DNA of 44,226 nucleotides from Gemmatimonadaceae bacterium (GTDB taxonomy: Bacteria > Gemmatimonadota > Gemmatimonadetes > Gemmatimonadales > Gemmatimonadaceae): NCBI GenBank assembly GCA_033763905.1, contig JANRJP010000127.1:1-44226 (forward strand). Reading direction: 5' to 3'. A program made the position numbers and the translations under genes. Below, piece by piece: positions 39,059-44,226 of this stretch. The notes beneath the pieces are model-generated. The model searched no databases, was not told the origin of the DNA, and saw only the letters and a program-made list of their open reading frames with translations. Within the stretch, counting starts at the first letter, position 1. Each line of letters opens with the position of its first letter.

Positions 39059-40224
39059 TATGGACGAGGCCGCAACGTACGCAGCCTGACGAGCCGCTCC
39101 CCCGCCGCGTGCAGCGTCTCGTCCTTCTTCGCGAAGTGGAAGCGAATCAGGTGATGCACCGGCTCCCGGAAGAAGCTCGACCCCGGCACGCCCGCCACGC
39201 CGATCTCGCGAATCAGCCACTCGCTCGCCTCGGTATCCGTCGCGAAGCCCAGTGACGAGATATCCACGAGGACGTAGTACGCGCCCTGCGGCTCGGTGTA
39301 CGGCAAGCCGGTCTCTGCAAGGTAGCCCAGAAGAATGTCGCGCTTGCGCGTGTACTCGGCGGTGAGCTCGGCGTAGTAGCTGTCCGGCAGCTCCAACCCC
39401 GCGACGGCGGCCTCCTGCAGTGGCGCTGCGGCGCCGACGGTCAGGAAGTCGTGCACTTTGCGCGCTTGGGCAATTACCGCGGGCGCCGCGTGCACGTAGC
39501 CCAGCCGCCAGCCGGTGATCGAGTAGGTCTTGCTCAGCGAATTGCAGGTGATCGTGCGTTCGAACGCCCCCGGCAGTGCGGCGAAGTACACGTGCTCGTG
39601 CGGCGCGTACACGATGTGTTCGTAGGGCTCGTCGGTGATCACGAAGCAGTCGTGTCGTTCGGCGAGGCGCAGAATCAGCTGCAGTTCGTCGCGCGTGAAG
39701 ACCTTGCCGCTCGGATTGGACGGATTGCAGAGCACGATCGCCTTGGGGCCCTGCGCAAAGGCGCGGGCGAGCTCGGCGGAGTCGAAGTTGAAGTGCGGGG
39801 GCCGCAGCGGCACGTAGATGGGCTCCGCGCCCGACAGAATCGCGTCGGCCGCGTAGTTCTCGTAGAACGGCGAGAACACCACGACCTTGTCGCCCGGATT
39901 GCAGGCGGTCATCATCGCGACCATCATCGCTTCGGTGCTGCCGCAGGTGACCACCAAGTGCTGATCGGGGTCGACGCTCAGGCCGGTGAAGCGCTGGATC
40001 TTGGCCGCGAGCGCGGCACGGAATCGCGGCGCGCCCCAGGTGACCGCGTACTGATGATGCGGCCCGCGCGTGGCGCTTTCGAGCGCCCTGAGCAGCGCCT
40101 CGGGCGGATCGAAGTCGGGGAACCCCTGCGAGAGGTTGATGGCCCCGTGCTGATTGGCCAATCGCGTCGTGGCGCGAATGACCGACTCACTGAAGACCGA
40201 AAGGCGACGGGCGGTATCGGGCAT
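39058..40224 (-). CDS. PLP-dependent class I aminotransferase (YbdL/kynurenine-methionine aminotransferase-like)
   Basis: AINLSQGFPDF, NPSNPSGKVF, TDEPY, SLSKTYSITGWRLG. Confidence 0.92.
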   Translation of the reverse strand: MPDTARRLSVFSESVIRATTRLANQHGAINLSQGFPDFDPPEALLRALESATRGPHHQYAVTWGAPRFRAALAAKIQRFTGLSVDPDQHLVVTCGSTEAMMVAMMTACNPGDKVVVFSPFYENYAADAILSGAEPIYVPLRPPHFNFDSAELARAFAQGPKAIVLCNPSNPSGKVFTRDELQLILRLAERHDCFVITDEPYEHIVYAPHEHVYFAALPGAFERTITCNSLSKTYSITGWRLGYVHAAPAVIAQARKVHDFLTVGAAAPLQEAAVAGLELPDSYYAELTAEYTRKRDILLGYLAETGLPYTEPQGAYYVLVDISSLGFATDTEASEWLIREIGVAGVPGSSFFREPVHHLIRFHFAKKDETLHAAGERLVRLRTLRPRP

Positions 40225-40255
40225 TGGCGCAACATACCGCCCGGCGCCTGAGGCG

Positions 40256-41719
40256 TCAGGGCGAGCCCTTGGTCAACGCGGCGCGGACCCACGCGGGCAC
40301 GGCGACCTTACCCGGCACGAACAGGTCGGGTTCGAGTCCCGGCGGATCCGCGCGGAGCTGGTCGTACTGCTCGGTTTGCACGACACGACCCGCCGAGTAG
40401 AAGGAGAGATCGCGTTCCACCAGCGCGCCGCGACCGAGGGCGACGTGCGCGTGAATCCGCGTCTCCTGCGCGGGCCGGCCGGCGCGCGCGGGCTCAATCC
40501 ACCGGAGCACGACCAGGCGGTCGGCGTCGATCCACGCTTGGGCCGCGGACGTGTCCCCCGCCGCCGCGCCAATGACATAGACCTCGCGGCCTTCCCACCT
40601 CGTGCGGTGCATCGTCTCGGCATCGAGACCGAACGGGCGCATCCGTCGCGCCGTCTCGTACGGCGGCAGCACCAACGCATCGGTGAGCAGCACCATCAGG
40701 GGGTGCACGTAGCGCGCGCCCGGTCGCCACACGCCACCGCGCGACTGATAGATCGAGTCGCGCCGGAAGATCAGGCTCCGCGAGCTGTCCGTGCCGATCG
40801 GCGCCATATCGATGCGCAGCATTCCCGGGGCGGCCAAGGTCTCATACCACGTTTCGCTCCGCCCATCCGGGTAGCCCGTCCGCTGCACGAAGGTCAGCGT
40901 CTTCCACATCCGCGGAGCGTGGGCATCCCGCATTGCCGCAAGCACGTCAATGCCACTTCGCAGGTCGCCGGCCGGCCGTGAGACCGCGCCACCGCGAGAC
41001 TCACGCGCCACCCGCCACTGTCCGTTGCCGAGTCGGCGCCACCAGCGCACGTAGGCGCGCACCCTGCCGGTCGCATCGTGCACTTCACCGTGCGTAGCGC
41101 CTACGTCCGCGGCGGCCGAGGTGATGGCATCGAGCGTACGATGCCCGTTGGCGCTGTCGGCGGCGCGCAGGCCGGCCAGGGCGGCCGCTGCATCGGGCGC
41201 GGGCACGCCGCGGACTCCACCGGTTGGGACCGTACGAACGCTCGCCAGATCCGCCACGGCCGCCGCGTCGTCGCCGATGTCGCTCCAGAGGGCCCAGCGT
41301 CCGTCAGGTTGCCGCTGCCAGATCGAAAAGAACCGCGTGTGGTAGGGGTTCGGGTCGCTGGGACCCTTGGGTCGAATCGTGGCGGGGCCGGTCGTGGTCC
41401 CCAGATCACCGCTGACCGCGACCTCTGCGGAGTCCGGGACCCAGCGCCATTCGGATTGGTCCACGGGGAGCGCCGTGTAGAAGCGCTTGGCGTTTACGGC
41501 ACGTGGGACGAAGAGCACCGAGGCATCGGAGAAGTTCGCGAGGAACGCGGACCGTGCGTTCTCGGACAGGGCCTTGGCGGCGAACGCGCGCTCGGCGGTG
41601 ACGAGCGACTGCCACGCGGTATCGGCGGCAGACGACTGCGCGTGCGCGGCACAGGTGATGAGTGGCAGGAGCAGCGCACTAGCGGCCGCGGACACGAAGC
41701 GTCGGGAGCGATTTGGCAT
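40256..41719 (-). CDS. Exported fusion protein: NTF2-like (DUF4440-type) domain(s) plus a LolA/lipoprotein-sorting-like domain
   Basis: Signal peptide (AHA-Q); AERAFA...SGDLGTTTG...SIWQRQPDGRW...DIG; a degenerate second copy; then TLTFVQRT...WYE...PGMLRID...WIDADRLV. Confidence 0.65.
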   Translation of the reverse strand: MPNRSRRFVSAAASALLLPLITCAAHAQSSAADTAWQSLVTAERAFAAKALSENARSAFLANFSDASVLFVPRAVNAKRFYTALPVDQSEWRWVPDSAEVAVSGDLGTTTGPATIRPKGPSDPNPYHTRFFSIWQRQPDGRWALWSDIGDDAAAVADLASVRTVPTGGVRGVPAPDAAAALAGLRAADSANGHRTLDAITSAAADVGATHGEVHDATGRVRAYVRWWRRLGNGQWRVARESRGGAVSRPAGDLRSGIDVLAAMRDAHAPRMWKTLTFVQRTGYPDGRSETWYETLAAPGMLRIDMAPIGTDSSRSLIFRRDSIYQSRGGVWRPGARYVHPLMVLLTDALVLPPYETARRMRPFGLDAETMHRTRWEGREVYVIGAAAGDTSAAQAWIDADRLVVLRWIEPARAGRPAQETRIHAHVALGRGALVERDLSFYSAGRVVQTEQYDQLRADPPGLEPDLFVPGKVAVPAWVRAALTKGSP

Positions 41720-41762
41720 AGTCGAGCGTACGATGAGGGACCGCATCACGTTTCGCCTCTGA

Positions 41763-42245
41763 ATGCCGATGAGCGTACTCCGCATTGGACTCATTTCCGA
41801 CACGCACGGGCTCGTGCGGCCCGACGTGCATACGGCGCTGGCCGGCGTGTCGCAGATTCTCCACGCCGGTGATGTGGGCGGGCAAGAGGTGCTGGATGAA
41901 CTCGCGCTGATCGCGCCGGTACAGGCCGTGTGGGGCAATACCGATCCGCCGGGAATGCCGGGGCTGGTGGAGTACCTGTCGTTGGAGCTTGGTGGCCTGC
42001 GCGTGCGGGTGCAGCACGGGCACGAGGTCGGGCGGCCGACGCCAGAGCGCCTCCTCGCGACATACGATGAGGACATCCTCGTGTACGGGCACACGCATCG
42101 GCAGTTGGTGACGCAGAGCGCGGGACGGCTGGTCGTGAATCCCGGCGCGGCTGGGCATCGTCGGTTCGATCTGCTGCCGAGTGTGGCGGTGTTGAAGATC
42201 GTGCGCGGCGCGCCGTCCGTTGAGTTGATCGCGCTGGCTGGCTAA
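41763..42245 (+). CDS. YfcE/MJ0936-type metallophosphoesterase
   Basis: ISDTHG, HAGD, GNTD, HGH, GHTH, NPG. Confidence 0.92.
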   Translation: MPMSVLRIGLISDTHGLVRPDVHTALAGVSQILHAGDVGGQEVLDELALIAPVQAVWGNTDPPGMPGLVEYLSLELGGLRVRVQHGHEVGRPTPERLLATYDEDILVYGHTHRQLVTQSAGRLVVNPGAAGHRRFDLLPSVAVLKIVRGAPSVELIALAG

Positions 42246-42289
42246 CGCCGGCGCTTGCGCCGGGCGCGGCCACGCATCACCGTCCACCG

Positions 42290-42697
42290 ATGATGTCGCG
42301 CACACTCGTTACGGGCCTCGCGTGGCTGGGCCTTCTCGGCGGCGCCCCGCTGGCCGCGCAGACCGACTCGATCGGCGTCACCTCCGTCGGCAACCCGGTC
42401 TTCATCGAGCGCAAATCCATCAAGCGTGCCGACGGATTGATCACCGCTGCCGTCCGCGCGCGATTCCTCAAGCCGGTCAAGGCGCCGGGTGGGGACCTCA
42501 AGGCCTCGCGTACGATCGCGATCTTCGACTGCACGAAGCGCGTGATTGCCGTGAAGGAGAACTGGTTCTACTGGGACGAGCGCGGCACTCGACAGGCCAG
42601 CTACAAGAAGGTCGGCCAGCCGGGATTCAGTTCGCCCTTCAAGGGCTCACTGCCCGACGTGGCCCTGCAGTACCTCTGCGCCGCGCCGCCCAAGTAG
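42290..42697 (+). CDS. Small exported protein, surface-adhesin-E-like fold
   Basis: Signal peptide; FIERKSIKR, IFDC and C-terminal GSLPDVALQYLC Cys pair. Confidence 0.55.
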   Translation: MMSRTLVTGLAWLGLLGGAPLAAQTDSIGVTSVGNPVFIERKSIKRADGLITAAVRARFLKPVKAPGGDLKASRTIAIFDCTKRVIAVKENWFYWDERGTRQASYKKVGQPGFSSPFKGSLPDVALQYLCAAPPK

Positions 42698-43789
42698 CGC
42701 GTCCGGCCGCTGCGTGCGTTCGAGCTGCTCGGGAAACCGGGTAAACCAGCTCGTCAGCAGCATCAGTTCGTCTACTTCGTGCGTGGGAATGCCACCCGCA
42801 TCGCTTCCGCCGGCGGCAAACACCTCGGCGACTGCCTCGGCCAGCACCGCATCGTCCGGCGCATCGAGTTCGCGCCGCACACGGCCGCGTCGAATCAGGT
42901 ACACGCGTTCGGCGCCATCGGGCCCCGGCACACGATACGCAAAGCTCAGCTGCTCCACCGCAAAGCGCAGCTTGTCGAAGCTCGCGCGCAAGCGTTCGAG
43001 GCGCACCAGCTTGTCGCGCCAATACGCAGCCCGCTCGAACTCGAGTGCGGCCGATGCGTCCTGCATTCGCTCGGTGAGCATCTGCATCGGCGTGTCGTCG
43101 CTGCCGTCCAGAAACGCGCGCGCGACGGCCACCTGCCCCAGGTACTCCCGCGCGGTCGGCACGGCGACGCAGGGCCCCAAGCAGCGGCCGATCTCGTGCC
43201 GAATGCACCCCGGCGTGCGCGCCGGCGGCGGCCACAGTTCGGCTTGATCGGCGTAGCGCATCTGCCGGTCGAGCGAACAGTCGCGCAGGCCCAGCGCATC
43301 CGACAACTCGCGCACCGCGTCGCGCATCCGGTCGGCGCCGAAGAAGGGGCCGAAGTACATCCCGCCGTCCGCGCTGCCGGCCCCGCGCACCACCAGCAAG
43401 CGCGGCGCCTTGCCGGCGGTGACTTTCACAAAGCAATAGTGTCGCGCGTCGCGCTTCATCATCACGTTCGCGCGCGGGCGCAGTCGCTTGATCTGCCGCA
43501 GTTCGCTCAAGGAGGCGGCAAACTCGCTCGGCTCCACCGTCCACTCTACCGAGGCGGCGTCGCGAATCAGGCGCGCACCTTTCTCCGCGGGATACTCAGC
43601 GCGGAAGTAGCTCAGGAGTCGCGTGCGCAGCGCCTTGGCCTTACCGACGTAAATGACCTCGCCGCTCTCCGACAAAAACCGGTACGTACCCGGCACGGGG
43701 CGCACGTTGGCTTTGACGTGCTCGTGCAGGGCGGCGACGCGTGCCTCGACCGCCTCCGAGACGCCGCGCGCGCGACGACGGCGACTCAC
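42647..43789 (-). CDS. UvrC N-terminal-half homologue (GIY-YIG, Cys-rich and UVR domains), Cho-like
   Basis: PGTYRF...IYVGKA...RLLSYF; C...CIRHEIGRCLGPC; MQDASAALEFERAAYWRD; no RNase H or HhH region; GTGA overlap with the mutM stop. Confidence 0.85.
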   Translation of the reverse strand: MSRRRRARGVSEAVEARVAALHEHVKANVRPVPGTYRFLSESGEVIYVGKAKALRTRLLSYFRAEYPAEKGARLIRDAASVEWTVEPSEFAASLSELRQIKRLRPRANVMMKRDARHYCFVKVTAGKAPRLLVVRGAGSADGGMYFGPFFGADRMRDAVRELSDALGLRDCSLDRQMRYADQAELWPPPARTPGCIRHEIGRCLGPCVAVPTAREYLGQVAVARAFLDGSDDTPMQMLTERMQDASAALEFERAAYWRDKLVRLERLRASFDKLRFAVEQLSFAYRVPGPDGAERVYLIRRGRVRRELDAPDDAVLAEAVAEVFAAGGSDAGGIPTHEVDELMLLTSWFTRFPEQLERTQRPDALLGRRGAEVLQGHVGQ

Positions 43790-44226
43790 GTCTGGCAACC
43801 GGCGCAGAACACGGTCATTCGGCCATCGATCGCATCCGTGCCGATCAATCGTCGGCCACAGCGCGGGCAGGGCTCCCCGTCGCGCCCGTAGGCGCTGAGC
43901 CGCGCGGCAAAGCCGCCCTTGCCGCCGTAGGCGTCCTGGTAGTCGCGAAACGTCGTGCCGCGCAGTGCGATGCTTTCGCGCAGCACGTCCTGCACGGCGG
44001 CGTGCAGTGCCTCGACATCGTCGCGCGATGCCGCCACGCGATCGGCCGCACGCGACGGGTCTATGCCCGCCCGCCAGAGCGCCTCCGTGGCGTAGATGTT
44101 TCCGATGCCCGCAATGCGACGTTGGTCCATAAGCACGGCCTTCACGGCCTGACGCGATGACCGAAGAATGCCCGAAAGACTGTCGGCTGTGAAGACCTCG
44201 CCCAACGGCTCAACGCCGAGTGCGCG
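43786..44226 (-). CDS. mutM: Formamidopyrimidine-DNA glycosylase, C-terminal part (5' end outside window)
   Basis: LGVEPL, LMDQRRIAGIGNIYATE (H2TH), GTTFRDY, and CPRC...CAGCQ zinc finger. Confidence 0.93.
   Translation of the reverse strand, partial: RALGVEPLGEVFTADSLSGILRSSRQAVKAVLMDQRRIAGIGNIYATEALWRAGIDPSRAADRVAASRDDVEALHAAVQDVLRESIALRGTTFRDYQDAYGGKGGFAARLSAYGRDGEPCPRCGRRLIGTDAIDGRMTVFCAGCQT

Overview
GC-rich bacterial chromosome segment, about 47 CDS. The organism is diderm (TonB-dependent receptor, outer-membrane barrel, lipoprotein). Gene content and style suggest Gemmatimonadota, which is an inference. From left to right: the 3' end of a SprT-like gene; an acyl-CoA (glutaryl-CoA-type) dehydrogenase; an accessory patch with three toxin-antitoxin-like pairs (VapBC, BrnT/BrnA-like, wHTH-MNT/HEPN) around an SDR; etfB-etfA and a FadF-like membrane Fe-S oxidoreductase; a coupled minus-strand operon (gpmI, OM barrel, PTPS, dacB, moeA, lysine-MTase-like, CDF); a peptidoglycan-remodelling cluster (multi-SH3 protein, catalytically dead L,D-transpeptidase, intact L,D-transpeptidase, M15A/YcbK-like peptidase); guaB, an APC permease and nrnA; an unexplained two-gene module (small secreted two-Cys peptide plus a thioredoxin-like/beta-propeller fusion); mrp, a MATE transporter and a TonB-dependent receptor; an ECF sigma/ZAS anti-sigma/bactofilin-like locus with an internal SigW-type promoter; late futalosine-type menaquinone genes; a PLP aminotransferase, a periplasmic fusion protein, a phosphoesterase, a Cho-like UvrC fragment, and truncated mutM. 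I saw no rRNA, tRNA, CRISPR array, transposase or integrase. The best candidates for undescribed systems are the peptide plus Trx-propeller module (24829-26575) and the SH3/pseudo-LDT/LDT operon (15709-18297). All family calls come from motif recognition by eye; no database search was run.
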